Part shown: one piece after another, positions 36,920 to 48,171 of the stretch
How the letters are laid out: each line of letters starts with the position of its first letter
Numbering within the stretch: the first letter of the stretch is position 1
DNA from: Rhizaria sp. SCN 62-66
Lineage: Eukaryota
Reading direction: 5' to 3'
Assembly (NCBI GenBank): GCA_001724265.1
Contig: MEDY01000120.1
Span: 62,001-118,224 of the forward strand
Length of the DNA stretch: 56,224 nt
The notes under the pieces: model-generated
Databases searched by the model: none
What the model was told of the DNA's origin: nothing
What the model saw: the letters and a program-made list of their open reading frames with translations, nothing else
Program-made: the position numbers and the translations under genes

Positions 36920-39900
36920 TCATGAGCCCTTGCGCTTGAGCTGCTCCCACAGCTCCTCGGTGCCGTAGTAGTCGGTGTAGTAGTCCGAGTAGAAGGACGC
37001 GTAGTACTCGCCGTGGTACAGCGCCGTGGGCGTGCCCTGGCGCATCGAGCCGTGGCACTCGTCGCAGTAGTGGCTGTGGTACTTGCAGTAGTAGCAGTAG
37101 TAGTGCACCAGCGGGGACTGGCCCAGGGCCCAGACCATCGTGTGCGTCATCGCGTGGGTCACGGCGCGGCCAATGGTGTTCATCGCGCCCACGGTCGCGC
37201 GACGCACCACGTGGCTCGGCAGCAGGCGCAGCAGCAGCTCGGGGACCGTCGTGCCCACGGTCAGCGGCAGCGCGGCCGTGAGCACGTGCGTGATGGCGTG
37301 CGAGGTTGCGTCGGGCAGTATGCGCTTGCCCACGTCCGTCACCTTGTCGAACACCAGAGGCATTGTCTGCGCCGAAATCTGCTCTGCCGAGCCCTGCGCC
37401 ATGGTCATCGTCAGCCGGTTCACCAGCCGCGTGAAGAGCTCGGACTTGAAGATTGGGATGATGCCCTCGCGGCTCGAGTTGACCGGCTCCGCGTCGTCTC
37501 CCATGCCCATGCCCATGTCCATGCCCATGTCGGCGGCGACGCGGGCGCGCGCGGCGGCGCTGGCGCGGGCGCTAGCGTGGGCGCCCGCCGAGGCCAGGGC
37601 CCCGTACTCCGTCCCCGCCAGCGCGTCGGCGGCGGCCGAGGTCTCGATGAGCGCAGCCAGTGGGATGCCGCCCGAGAGCGGGCGCGAGCCGCGCTCCTCG
37701 AGATCCGAAGCACGCGACCACAGGAACGGGGCCATGGCCTCCTCAGCGGCCTCGCGCGCCACGTACGCCGCGTAGTCGTCGCCCTCTTCTTCCTCCTCTT
37801 CGCCCTGGTTCTGCCCGGGGGCAGTGTCCGCGACCGAGACGCCGTGCGCGCGCGCGTGCTTGCGCAGCATCGCGTCGCGGGCCGCGGCGAGGTCCTCGGT
37901 GTAGGCGGGCACGCTGTTGTCGTCCGCCTCGGCCGCGATGCGCTCCCCCGCCTCGTTAACATGGGCGACGGGGGCGGCGTGGCCCTGCACGCGCGCGAGG
38001 GTCTCTGCGATGGTGGTGCCCTCAAAGCCCGGGAGCGGGCCCGCGAAGAGCTCGGCCAGCTCGCCCGGCGACAGCGCGCGGTCCTGGGCCGCGGTCACGA
38101 GGTCCTGGCGGCGCTCCTCGGCCGCGGCTGCGGGGGTGAGGCCCACGCGCGCGGAGGCCGCCCAGGCGTCCTCGACGGCCGTCGCGTCGAGCGTGCCCAA
38201 CGTCGCCTCGCGGTCGCGCGGGTCGCCAGACAGCAGCGCGCGCGCGGCGGCGGCGGCCGCAACCTCGGAGGCGGGCGGCACGGGCGTCTTGGCCCTCCCC
38301 GCGGCGACGGCGCGACCGCCCAGCGCGACGTCCACGCGCGACTCGATGAAGGCAGAGACCAGGTCGCGGTCGCGCGCGCGGCGGCGGGCGTCGCGCAGCT
38401 GGTCCGGCACCAGCGCGAAGGGGTCCTTAGTGTATTTGGTGCTCAGCATGCGCGCCAGCGCGTTCGGCACGCGCGGGGCAGCAGTACTCACGGCCGTTGC
38501 GGAGGCGCTAGCAGAAGAACTCTGCGGCGAGCGGGCGATGGGCATGTGGGACAGCAGTTCTTGCTCGAGCAGCGAACCGCGCTCACTCGCCCTCTGGCCC
38601 ACACTAGACGCGCTAGACGCACCAGAAGCAGCGCTGTTGACAGTGTTAGAAGCACTGTTGGCGGAGATGAAGTCGTTCTCGGTCTGGATGAAGGCCGAGA
38701 GCAGCCCGGAGAGCTCCTGTGCGTCGGCCACGGCCTCCTGCACGGCTTCCCGGGGCACGCCCTTGACCGCGCCGCTGCCGGCGCCACTGCCGCTGCTGAG
38801 GGTGGTGACCTGGTCGAGCTGGAGCAGGATGGCGTTGGCGATCTGCAGCGGCGCGTCCTGGCCCTCCATCCAATCACGCGGCGCGGCGTCGATGCCGGAG
38901 TTGATGAGCGCAGGGACGAGACACTTAATCATGATGTTGACGATGATCAGGAACGGGATCGGGAAGGGACACATCAGGTTCGCAATCGGGTTGCGGAGGT
39001 CGCACCACACCCAGATGTTGAGCGGCGCGTCGATCGGGTTGCGGCCGTACGACGTCTGCCCGTTGCCCAGCCCGTCGCCAGTACCCGCGTACACCGTGCC
39101 GATGCCGTTGAAGAAGCCCGTGCCGCCCGAGAAGCGCGTGAGCGAGTTGGAGCGCTGGTTCTCACGGCCCAGCCGCTTGATGTCGTTGGATCGCAGCATC
39201 TTGGGCGGCAGCGCGGAGCCTCTGGCAGCCTTCTCACCCGTGCGCATGCGGATCGCCGGCGCCGCGGGGTCCTTCTCCTCCGGCACCTCGGTCTGCAGGT
39301 GCTCGGGCAGCTCGTAGGGCGCCACGGGCGGCGCGAACGGCACTGCGCGCGGCGACGGCGAGGGCCGGGGCGGCACTGTGGCCCGGACGGCGCCCTTGCC
39401 GAACTGGGGCAGCGCGCCGGTCTTCTCGGCGTTGTCCAGCGCCGTCGCCACGGACGTCGACAGCGGCGCGTTGACCGAGGTCTTGAGCGAGCCGCGCACG
39501 GGCCCCGCGGCGGCCGCGGCGGCGGCGGCGGAGCCGGGGGCCGGCGCCACGGGCTTGTAGTGCTCCTCGGGCAGGAAGGGCCGCGGGTATGGCGCCGAGG
39601 CGGGCAGCACGGCCCCGGAGGCGGAGCGGCGGAGCGGGTCGTGGCCGCCGAGCGCGCCGGGCCGGGGTACAACGTCCGAGCCCCAGAACGGCTGCGGCGC
39701 GGACGGCGCCGTCACCGGCGGGAAAGGATTACTTGCACTCGCGCTCGCGCTGGCGTCGGTACCTGTGCTGGCACCGGTGCTTGTGGTGGCAGTGGCCTCA
39801 GTCTCGAGGAACACGCTGTCGCTCGCGTCGCCGTCGACGTAGGCGTAGGCCTCCAGAGGCGCAAGCTCGAAGAATGACAAGAACGAGTCACTTGCGTTGT

Positions 39901-42253
39901 CCTCAGTCTGGCGAGACGCAGCCGCATCAGTCTCAACATTGCCCGTGTTCACGATCACGTTGCTGTTGCTGCGGTAAGAAGTTGAGACGCCGTCCCCGGC
40001 GCCCTCGGCCCAGTCGGCCGCGGCGGGCGCCCCCGTAAACGCCTCGGGCCTGGCCTCGAAGAGCGTGTGCGGAACGGGGTCCTCCTCCTCGGCGAAGTCG
40101 CCCCAGTCGCCCCAGCCGCGCGCAGCCCAGTCGGGCGGCAGCGGCAGCGCGCGCTCCACCGCGCTCGCCACCACGGCGCTGTCGTACGTCGCGTTCGCAC
40201 TGGCGCTGGCGCTGTTGCTGGCATCAGACGCGTCGCAGTCGGCGGCGTTTGAGGTGCCGCTAGGGCTGCTGTGCGAGATGATGGTGGCGATTTCTGCGAA
40301 CACGCCGCTCGCGTCCAGCTCGTCGCTCTGACCGTTCGCGCCGGCCGAGGCGCCAAAGGGGGAAGAGAGGCGGGCGAGCGCGGCGGTGCGGAGGGCCAGG
40401 ATCGACTCGGGCTCCGCGCGGGGGCCGTAGAAAGTGCTATCATGCGCCTTGAGCATCGTCCCCGTCGCGCCAGCGCCGTTGCCGCTGCCGTTGCCGTTGC
40501 CGTTGCCCGAGAGAGGGCTGGGGTGGCTGTGTCCTGTGGCGAGCTTGAGCTTGCGCAGCGCAGACCGCAGGATGTCGAACCCCGTCTCCATGAACACCGG
40601 CGCATCGCTCTCGCTGTCGCCAAAGTCCCTTTTGTCGTTGCTGGCAGAGTTCGCCGTGTTGGCGCGGCTTGACTTTGAGTTCGCGAGCGCAGGGACGAGG
40701 TCGATGGTGACCGTGTTTCGCCCGCGGCCAGCGCGGCTAGTCGGGTCAATCCGGTCAATCCGGTATACGTCATCGATCACACGGCCGCGCAGCGTCGCCT
40801 TGCCGTCGTGCGCGGTCTGGCCATCGCGCGCGGTGTTCTCGCCACTACCGTCGCCGCCGTCACCGGCGTGCTCGCCGTGGGCGCGGCGGTGGCCGCCCTT
40901 ACTGCCGAGGCCCTTGCCCTTGCCCTTGCCGTGGCCCTTGCAGGCGGGCGCGGGGGGCGGGGTGGCGGTGAGGGCGGGCGCTAGCGGCGTCGAGGACCGG
41001 TCGGAGAGCCACGCAGCGCGCAGCGTCCAGCCAGCGATCCACGGCAGCGGCTCATCAACAGCAGCAGCAGCAGCAGCAGCGCTGTAGCTAGGGTTAGCGC
41101 TGTCGGTGTTGTTGTAGGAGTTGGGCGGGGCGGAGAAGCGGATGCGACACTGCAAACCAGACTGGGACTGGGCCTGGGGCTGAGACGCAGTGGCAGTGGC
41201 AGTGGCACTGGCGTCGTCGAAAGCGTACGAGAGGACGACGAGGCGCAACTCGTTGGCGTCCACGCTCACTGCGCTCTCACCGTCACGGCTCTCACCGCCG
41301 CCGCTGCCGCTGCCGCTGCCGCTGCCGTTGCCGCTGCCGCCGTCGCCGTCGCTGCTGCTGCTGCGGCGGCGGTGGTGGCTGCGGGGCGCGAGGGACGCAA
41401 ACTGGCGCTGCGCCGCGGCCAGCAGAGCCGCCGCGGAGGCCTTGCTCGGCACGACACCATTCACACTTGCACTGGCAGGGTGAGCGACTGTGAAGTTGTT
41501 GGAGACGGCGTCGGACAGCCAGGCAGCGAGCGACTCCTCGGCGCGCGGGTCGAGCGGAAGGTAAGCCGCCCACACGGAAGTCAAGCCGCCGGTACCCGTG
41601 CTATCCGCGCCAGCGCTGGCGCCGGCGTAGGGCATGCCCGTCTCGGTGTCGATCGTGCGGGACACGCCCAGAGGCAGGAACCACTTAAGGTCATCGGTAT
41701 TCGCGCCACTGCTTGCGCCACCCGTACTGTCGCACTGGGCGCCGCAGCAGAGGCGCGCGGCGGTGTGCGCGTGAAGCATCGAGGGCGGCGCGGCGACGGG
41801 CGCGAGCGTGGCCGTGCGGTGCTGGCGCTGCACCGCGGCGGCCGTGTAGAGCCGCTCCAGCGGCGCGGGCGCGGCCTCGGGCGAGGAGCTGTCTCCGGAG
41901 TGCAGCGTCGAGAGGAACAGCGGCTGGTCGAACTGGTATGACAGCTGCTGAACCGCGAACACGCGCAGCGGGGCAGCAGCGGTGTCGCTGTTGTGACTGT
42001 TATCGACGTCGGTCGGGGAGTTAGCCAGGGCAGTGAGGTGGCGAAGGCGGCAGCTCGAACGCAGTAGCTCGGGGCCCCACGCCGCGTCCGTCACAACGGG
42101 CCGGGGCGCGTCCGCCGCGACGGGCACCGCCGAGTCAGAACCAGAGCCAGAGCCAGAGGCAAAGACAGAGGCAGAGGCGGTGGCAGTGACAGGGGCGAGC
42201 AGAAGCAGGAACGAAAGGCAAAGAGAGAGCAACAGAGACATAAGGGGCGCCAT
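36920..42253 (-). CDS. Large secreted protein (~1,777 aa) with Cys/Tyr/His-rich C-terminal motif
   Basis: Single long ORF. Signal-peptide-like MAPLMSLLLSLCLSFLLLLAPVTA at ATG 42253. C-terminal HYYCYYCKYHSHYCDECH..YYASFYSDYYTDYY. Stop TGA. Confidence 0.8.
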   Translation of the reverse strand: MAPLMSLLLSLCLSFLLLLAPVTATASASVFASGSGSGSDSAVPVAADAPRPVVTDAAWGPELLRSSCRLRHLTALANSPTDVDNSHNSDTAAAPLRVFAVQQLSYQFDQPLFLSTLHSGDSSSPEAAPAPLERLYTAAAVQRQHRTATLAPVAAPPSMLHAHTAARLCCGAQCDSTGGASSGANTDDLKWFLPLGVSRTIDTETGMPYAGASAGADSTGTGGLTSVWAAYLPLDPRAEESLAAWLSDAVSNNFTVAHPASASVNGVVPSKASAAALLAAAQRQFASLAPRSHHRRRSSSSDGDGGSGNGSGSGSGSGGGESRDGESAVSVDANELRLVVLSYAFDDASATATATASQPQAQSQSGLQCRIRFSAPPNSYNNTDSANPSYSAAAAAAAVDEPLPWIAGWTLRAAWLSDRSSTPLAPALTATPPPAPACKGHGKGKGKGLGSKGGHRRAHGEHAGDGGDGSGENTARDGQTAHDGKATLRGRVIDDVYRIDRIDPTSRAGRGRNTVTIDLVPALANSKSSRANTANSASNDKRDFGDSESDAPVFMETGFDILRSALRKLKLATGHSHPSPLSGNGNGNGSGNGAGATGTMLKAHDSTFYGPRAEPESILALRTAALARLSSPFGASAGANGQSDELDASGVFAEIATIISHSSPSGTSNAADCDASDASNSASASANATYDSAVVASAVERALPLPPDWAARGWGDWGDFAEEEDPVPHTLFEARPEAFTGAPAAADWAEGAGDGVSTSYRSNSNVIVNTGNVETDAAASRQTEDNASDSFLSFFELAPLEAYAYVDGDASDSVFLETEATATTSTGASTGTDASASASASNPFPPVTAPSAPQPFWGSDVVPRPGALGGHDPLRRSASGAVLPASAPYPRPFLPEEHYKPVAPAPGSAAAAAAAAGPVRGSLKTSVNAPLSTSVATALDNAEKTGALPQFGKGAVRATVPPRPSPSPRAVPFAPPVAPYELPEHLQTEVPEEKDPAAPAIRMRTGEKAARGSALPPKMLRSNDIKRLGRENQRSNSLTRFSGGTGFFNGIGTVYAGTGDGLGNGQTSYGRNPIDAPLNIWVWCDLRNPIANLMCPFPIPFLIIVNIMIKCLVPALINSGIDAAPRDWMEGQDAPLQIANAILLQLDQVTTLSSGSGAGSGAVKGVPREAVQEAVADAQELSGLLSAFIQTENDFISANSASNTVNSAASGASSASSVGQRASERGSLLEQELLSHMPIARSPQSSSASASATAVSTAAPRVPNALARMLSTKYTKDPFALVPDQLRDARRRARDRDLVSAFIESRVDVALGGRAVAAGRAKTPVPPASEVAAAAAARALLSGDPRDREATLGTLDATAVEDAWAASARVGLTPAAAAEERRQDLVTAAQDRALSPGELAELFAGPLPGFEGTTIAETLARVQGHAAPVAHVNEAGERIAAEADDNSVPAYTEDLAAARDAMLRKHARAHGVSVADTAPGQNQGEEEEEEGDDYAAYVAREAAEEAMAPFLWSRASDLEERGSRPLSGGIPLAALIETSAAADALAGTEYGALASAGAHASARASAAARARVAADMGMDMGMGMGDDAEPVNSSREGIIPIFKSELFTRLVNRLTMTMAQGSAEQISAQTMPLVFDKVTDVGKRILPDATSHAITHVLTAALPLTVGTTVPELLLRLLPSHVVRRATVGAMNTIGRAVTHAMTHTMVWALGQSPLVHYYCYYCKYHSHYCDECHGSMRQGTPTALYHGEYYASFYSDYYTDYYGTEELWEQLKRKGS

Positions 42254-43066
42254 AGTAAGCGCGGCAGACAAGCGCTGGCTACGACAGGTCTGCGCGAGCT
42301 CACCGCGCTGCTCCAGCCGCTGGGCCAGGGCTGTCTGTGTGTTGGACAGCGGCGGCGGCGGCGAAGTGGTGGATTGTAGCAGGGACACCGACCGACGCGC
42401 CGAGGGAAGCGGCGCGCGCGGCCAGTGCTGCTGAAACGAGGGCCCGCAGGGTGGCATCACGCCTGAGGTCCGCACGTACACACTGCGCGGGGTTTGGATA
42501 AAGCCAGGATTGATTGAGGGGGAGCAGCGGGTGTGGGAGCAAGGGGAGAGCAGTAAAGAGAGAAGGGGCGAGAGAGGGGCGAAAAAGTCAGGTATCGAGC
42601 GTGTACAATCGTCAGTAGAGAAAATGAACAAATGATACAAAGCCTATTATCTTTCGATTTCATGAAATGTTTTTGGTAGGTGCGCAGGACGGATTCAGGG
42701 TCGGCTATCAGGTTCTTTTTGTGCCCGTTTGTTGACCTTTGCTCAGCGAAAGGAGGCAGCAGTCGAGGCAACATGGTTCGCAAAAAAGGGTCTGGAAGCA
42801 GAGAGATTCGTTCGTCGGTCAGCAAAGACGGCGTGAAGAAAAGCCTAAAGAGCGAGTCGCAATCGACGTCAATATCGCTTTAATCGTACTATTTTACAGA
42901 ATCACTTGCCATGTTTTTGTTTATTTGTTTTTATCTCCGTTACCGAATGGTATTACCTTCGCTATCCCTCGCCTCTCACCGTTGCTCTGCCCCATCACCT
43001 TTCCCCTGCGTCCCGTCCTCTCCCCTCGCGTCCCTCGCCTTCTGTCACTCTTCCTGACTCGCACAG

Positions 43067-44364
43067 ATGTCGTACTCTCACGCGCTTCCCGCCACGCACG
43101 GCGGCGTAGACATTTCCGCCAAGATCGAGACTTTCATGTCGAACAAGCAGTACTACGAGGCTGAGCAGCTCTTCATGACGCAGGTCAACCGCGCCGTCGC
43201 GCAGAAGAACTACGCCACCGCCGACGATCTCGCGCAGCGCGGTATCCAGGCCATGCTTACCGTCGCACAGGCCCACGTCTCGGCGCACGCTCCGTCGTCC
43301 GTCAAGAGCGCCGTTCTGGCTGCTGGCGAGCTCGGCAAGCTCTACATCTCCGCCCTCAAGCGGTCCGGTGCCGCGCTGTCCGAGTCCGTCGTCGACGACA
43401 TCATCCGCCTCGGCGCCGCGATGGCCGCCGTACGTACCGCCGCCGAGGCACAGGGCGCGGCGTACAACGACAATGATGAGAGCGGCGAGCGCGCCTCGCT
43501 GCCCGCCATTTCGCGCGTCGCGGAGACCTTCCTCCGCGAGGCCCAGGTACGCCTGCTAACTCACGTTTCAAACGATACATGATTTATATCGCTTACACGC
43601 AAATATTTATTAAGTCATTATATATCAATAGTTTCGTTAAAGTATTCTACCACTTTTTACGACGAGTGATGCTTATTTATCGATATGTCTTAACTCTTCC
43701 TTGGTGTCTTCCTTTGTCTTCGCAGGAGTGGGTTGCCGATACCGCGGCCGCCGCCTCCGACGCGTCTTACCCCTCGTACGGCTCCCCGCGCATCGAGGCC
43801 GCCCGCGCGGCCGTTGTGGAGCTGCTCCGCGGGCCCATCGCGGCGCAGCCCCACTACGCCCGCGCCTTCGCCTATGCCGCCTCCGCGGGCTCCGCCGTCG
43901 ACACCGCCTACGCGACGACCTTCGCCACCTGGCTTAAGGCCCAACGCGGCGGCGACGCCGACTGGTCCCTCGCCCAGTGCCTCCGCGGCGGCCTCTACGC
44001 TGTCGCCCTCGCGCTTGAGGGCACCGACCTCCGCGGCGCCAATGCCGTTGCGGCGGCGGTCGAGGCCGCATTCCCCTCGGCCGAGGTCGCGGCGTCGGGC
44101 TCGGCGGCCGCCGCGGCGCTGCGCGAGTTCACGGCGCAGCTGCTGGCGCTGGCGCGCTGCGACAAGGCCGCTGCGCCGCTGTTTGAGAGCGCGCGCAAGG
44201 CCGCCGCCAAGAAGGGCGTGTTCGAGAAGGAGGGCGAGGAGGCGTTCCCGTTGTCAGCGGCCGTGGCCAAGGTCGGCGCGGCGCTGTTCGATGTGCAGCC
44301 GCCGCGCGGGATGCTCGAAGAGCTTCTCGGCATCTCCAACATCGGCGACCTCTTCAAGAATTGA
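43067..44364 (+). CDS. GET4: Golgi-to-ER traffic protein 4 (Get4/TRC35) homologue, divergent
   Basis: Exons 43067-43546 and 43726-44364, with a phase-0 GTACGC..CAG intron (372 aa). N-terminal YYEAEQLFMT..R..QKNY..A..L..G matches the Get4 YYEAHQ helix pair; later G.P motif (YGSPRI). Stop TGA. Confidence 0.75.
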
Positions 44365-44779
44365 AATGGGCCGGGCGACTGCGAACAAATAGCGACGAAC
44401 GAGCAAGCTACTCTCTACGACGACGCTGACGATTAAGTCTGAGACGACAAGCAGGAGACTCTTGAGCTGGAGTCTGCGTCGGTGATTGGCATGACTAGGA
44501 TAAGTTGTTGTACACGAGTGAGCTTGCTGGTGTCATACCATAGCTCAAGCTTCGTATGTTCGAGGTTGAGACACATGCACAAGAGTGTGGTGTCTGGCGG
44601 GCCAGAGCTCTGGCTGCTCTCAAGTAGTATACAAAAAGTGTTTATGTTCTGAAGTCATATCTCGCGCATTTCATCATCAAACTAGATTTACAGAATTGAA
44701 CAGAATCTACAACTTCGTCATTTTTTTCATTTTCTTTTTATACATCGCCAGTGTTTTGTTAAGGGGTATATCGGCGCGA

Positions 44780-45586
44780 ATGGATTCTACTCTTCGGGAC
44801 CGCCGTCCAGCCCCGCCCTCCGCGGCCGCTGCTGCTCCCGCGGCCTCTCTCGCGCGCTCCGCAGCCCAGCAGGTGGACCGCAGCCGCGCCGGCCCACTGC
44901 CCTTGCCCTTGCTGCCTCCGCGCGCCACAGCAATCCTTGCAGCCGCCGCCCTGCGCGCCCGCGATACTGACAAGAGCAACAGCAACGATACCACCAACAG
45001 CAACAACAGCAACAACAGCAGCAACAGCAGCAACAGCAGCGGTGTAGCAGGCGATGACAGCGACTGCGGCGGCAGCGGTGAGGCAGCCGGCACCCGCGCG
45101 CGCGCCGCGAGCAAGCGCGCTCTGCGCGATGCGGCCTCCGAGGCCGTGTTGGCACGCTCGGCGGCTCTGCTGTCCTCACGGCAGTCGCAGACGCACGCGC
45201 AGCAGCGGCGTCGGCGCGGGGCCCTCGCGCGCGCGCTCGTCCCGCTCGTCGTGCTGGCCTTTGTCTACGCGGGGTACTGGCTCTGGCGGCGGTCGGCGCA
45301 CCACGCGGCCTTCTGCTGCGGTCGCGCGGAGACTGTTGCCGTCCCCACCGTCTTTGCTGCTGCACATGTCCCCCGTGACGCAGCAACGGTCGGCACTGAG
45401 ACCGAGATGACCTCGGCAACTGCGACTGGGACTGGGACTGGGCCTGCGGCTGACATCAAGAGCGCTGCTGCTGCAGGTGTGGGCAACACGGGCACTGTGC
45501 GGGCGCGTATCCTGCGTCTCGTGTGCACCTGTGCCGACGACGACATCGCCTTGCCACATCCCGCGCCACAACCCACAGTCCCTTGA
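44780..45586 (+). CDS. Hypothetical single-pass membrane protein
   Basis: GC-rich ORF from ATG 44780. Basic RRRRG followed by hydrophobic ALVPLVVLAFVYAGYWLW; Asn/Ser tract; FCC and CTC motifs after the TM segment. Stop TGA. Confidence 0.6.
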   Translation: MDSTLRDRRPAPPSAAAAAPAASLARSAAQQVDRSRAGPLPLPLLPPRATAILAAAALRARDTDKSNSNDTTNSNNSNNSSNSSNSSGVAGDDSDCGGSGEAAGTRARAASKRALRDAASEAVLARSAALLSSRQSQTHAQQRRRRGALARALVPLVVLAFVYAGYWLWRRSAHHAAFCCGRAETVAVPTVFAAAHVPRDAATVGTETEMTSATATGTGTGPAADIKSAAAAGVGNTGTVRARILRLVCTCADDDIALPHPAPQPTVP

Positions 45587-45813
45587 AGTGCTCCAGCAAG
45601 CATGCTGAAGAGATATTTTCGTATGATAACAATGTTATATAGATATTTAGGTCACCAAATAATATGTATTTGTTTATACTAAAGTATTATTCAAAGAAAT
45701 AAACCAACCCGGCCCCTTGTTTTGTCCCTCATCATAACTCCAAGCAAAGCACAACAAAAAGAGATCTTTTAGTTTTCTTCAAACAGTTGTAATATTTCTT
45801 TCTCAAGCTTCAC

Positions 45814-47675
45814 TCAAAAGTACCGCTTGTGGATGATGGTCTTGTCGGCCTCGAACTCGGCGCGCGTGACACGGCAGAGCTGGAACGTGGGCAGACTGGC
45901 GAACATGGACGCACCGACCCACGAGGCCCACTTGCGCGACATATCCAGCACCAGGTTCACCGGCACGCGGCCCTGCGTGCGCTTGACGAGCTCGCTCTTG
46001 ACGCGCAGCGGGAGTCCCGGCAGCAGCGAGCCGCCACCGACGACGACGACGCAGTTGTAGAGGTCCTCGCGCAGCGCGGGGTCGCACGCTGCGATCGCGC
46101 AATGGAGCATCTCCCCCGCGCCGTCAGCGGGCCGTGCCGCGGGGGTCGCCGCCAGCAGCTGCAGCGCGGGGGACCGGATCGGGATCGAGGCCAGTGACAG
46201 CGGCAGCGGGAAGTGGCGCATCGGGCCCCCGCCACTGCCGGAGCCGGGGGCGTTGCTGTTGTTGCCGCCGCCGCCGCGGACGCCGCGACCGCCGCCCCGG
46301 CCGCCGCCACGACGCGCGCTGCTGCCGCCGGTGTCGTCGCCATTGATGTCGCCGTTGCCGTCGCCCTCGTTGTCGTCGTCGTCGTCGCCGTCGCCGTTGC
46401 CGCCGCCGCGGGGACGGCTGCTGCTGCCGGCGGCGCCGTCGCCGTCGGCGTGCGCGGCCGCGACAGGGTATAGCGAGGACGGGTTGACGACGGCCCCCGT
46501 GGCGTCAGTCGCGGTGACCGCGCGCGCGGGCGAGAAGATGACCTCCGCGGCGGCCGCGCGCAGGGGCTCGTCGAGGCGCAGGATGGAGCCGTCGGGCAGC
46601 TCGAAGTCCGCCGCGCCCACGGTCACCGCCGCGGCCGCGGCCGCAATCGCCGCATCCGTCTCAGACACGCCCGCTGTCGCGCCGGAAGCGGAGGCGGAGA
46701 CGGAGGGCGTGGGGGAGCAGATGCAAACGCGCTCCTTGATGGTGCGTGCGAGGTCAAGCTGCGCGTGGGGGTTGTTTCCCAGCGCCGCAAGGACGCCCAC
46801 CTCGGCGAGCGCGGCCAGCAGCAGCTGCGTAATGTCGGCGCCCGCGACGCCGAGGTTCTGCGCCGCGTGGTTGAGCGCGAGGCCCTCGAAGACGGGCACG
46901 GCCGAGGTGACGCCCTCACCGATGTCCAGCACGACGCCCGTGGTACAGCCGGTAGAGAAGAGCGCGAGCACAGCAGAGTTGTACAGGTACAGGCTGGGCG
47001 GCGCAAGCCGCTTGAACAGGTGCTCGACGAGGTCGGAGCGCGTTTGCGGGCGCGAGTTAGGGGAGACGGCGATCATCAGCGGGTGCTGCGTGAGGCATGG
47101 TGATAGGTTGGGTTTGTTAGGGAAGATTGTGGTGATTGGGAAGTCAAGTGAGATAGAAAAAGACATAATTTTAAATTAAAAACTACCCCGTTACTATAAT
47201 ATATCAGAGTGATATCAGTTGAGTCAAATTGCAGCGAGAAACAGATCATAGAAAGAGAGATACTGGGGAAGAGCAGCTTTGTTAAGGAGAGTTGAGCGGA
47301 GAGGGGACGTACGAGAGCGGGCTCGCGAACGGCGAGCGAGACGCAGATAACGTGCTCGATAAGGAGCTCGAAGGCCTCCCAGTCCTTGATGACGCCCCGC
47401 TCGATGGGGCGGATGACTGCGAGCGTCTGCTTGCCCGTGGCCTCGAGGGCCAGACGCAGCGCGTCGAGCGCGGCGTAGCCGAAAACCCACTCCAGGTCCT
47501 TGAAGACGTGCGAGACTTCAGCGGGCACGGCCTGGTTGGCGAGATGAATGGCGATGGAAGGGATCACAACGCGCGGAATGTCTTCGCCGGCGAATCCGGC
47601 CTTGATGTAGCCGGATCCGGGGTCGATCACAATGACGTCGTGCTCCGCCAAAGTGGACATCGGGACGGGGTTCAT
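45814..47675 (-). CDS. Divergent actin-related protein
   Basis: Exons 47675-47313 and 47085-45814 (544 aa). Motifs IDPGSGYIKAGFAGE, PIERG.I.DW, TGVVLDIGEG, FELPDG, VVGGGSLLPG and SWVGAS. Alternative start at 47660. Stop TGA. Confidence 0.9.
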
Positions 47676-48171
47676 GGCGACGCGGGGAAAGTGTTGAAGC
47701 GACTGCACTTAAATTATATAATGTCCAACCTCAGGTTCTATCCGAAAAGTAAGGCGAGAGTTCGGGATTTCGATCGAAACTGGCGATTCGAACAGCGCCT
47801 TAACACCTGCACTCTTCGACTTCCTCTGCAACCGAGGGTAACGGACGGTCGGTTGTCGGTGGCCGGTGGCAGGCCAGCCCAGACTCGGGTCTTAGATCGA
47901 TCCGGAGCCTCACTTTCGGCCGAACACTGTGAACGTTTCTGATCGTCAGAGCTACATCATTTGGTTTATCGAGACTGGAAACTTGGCTTTTTAGCCGCCC
48001 CTTTAATTAAATGAGCACTACGCCTCTCGCTCCCAACACTGCTATCCCAGACGGGTACTCAGGTCCGTCTCTCCGCCCACTCCTTGCCACTTCCACCACT
48101 CCAGCATGATTTGAGAACATAATTCGACTATTTTAACTACCAGACTCAAACACCACTTTGAAAACTATCCT

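Noticed and set aside
37013-39877. Long antisense and alternative-frame ORFs (e.g. 954 aa here, 600 aa at 4784-6586, 569 aa at 8144-9853, 579 aa at 16578-18317)
   Set aside because: Shadow ORFs expected in very GC-rich coding DNA. They are Arg/Pro/Gly-rich, lack motifs and overlap better-supported genes.
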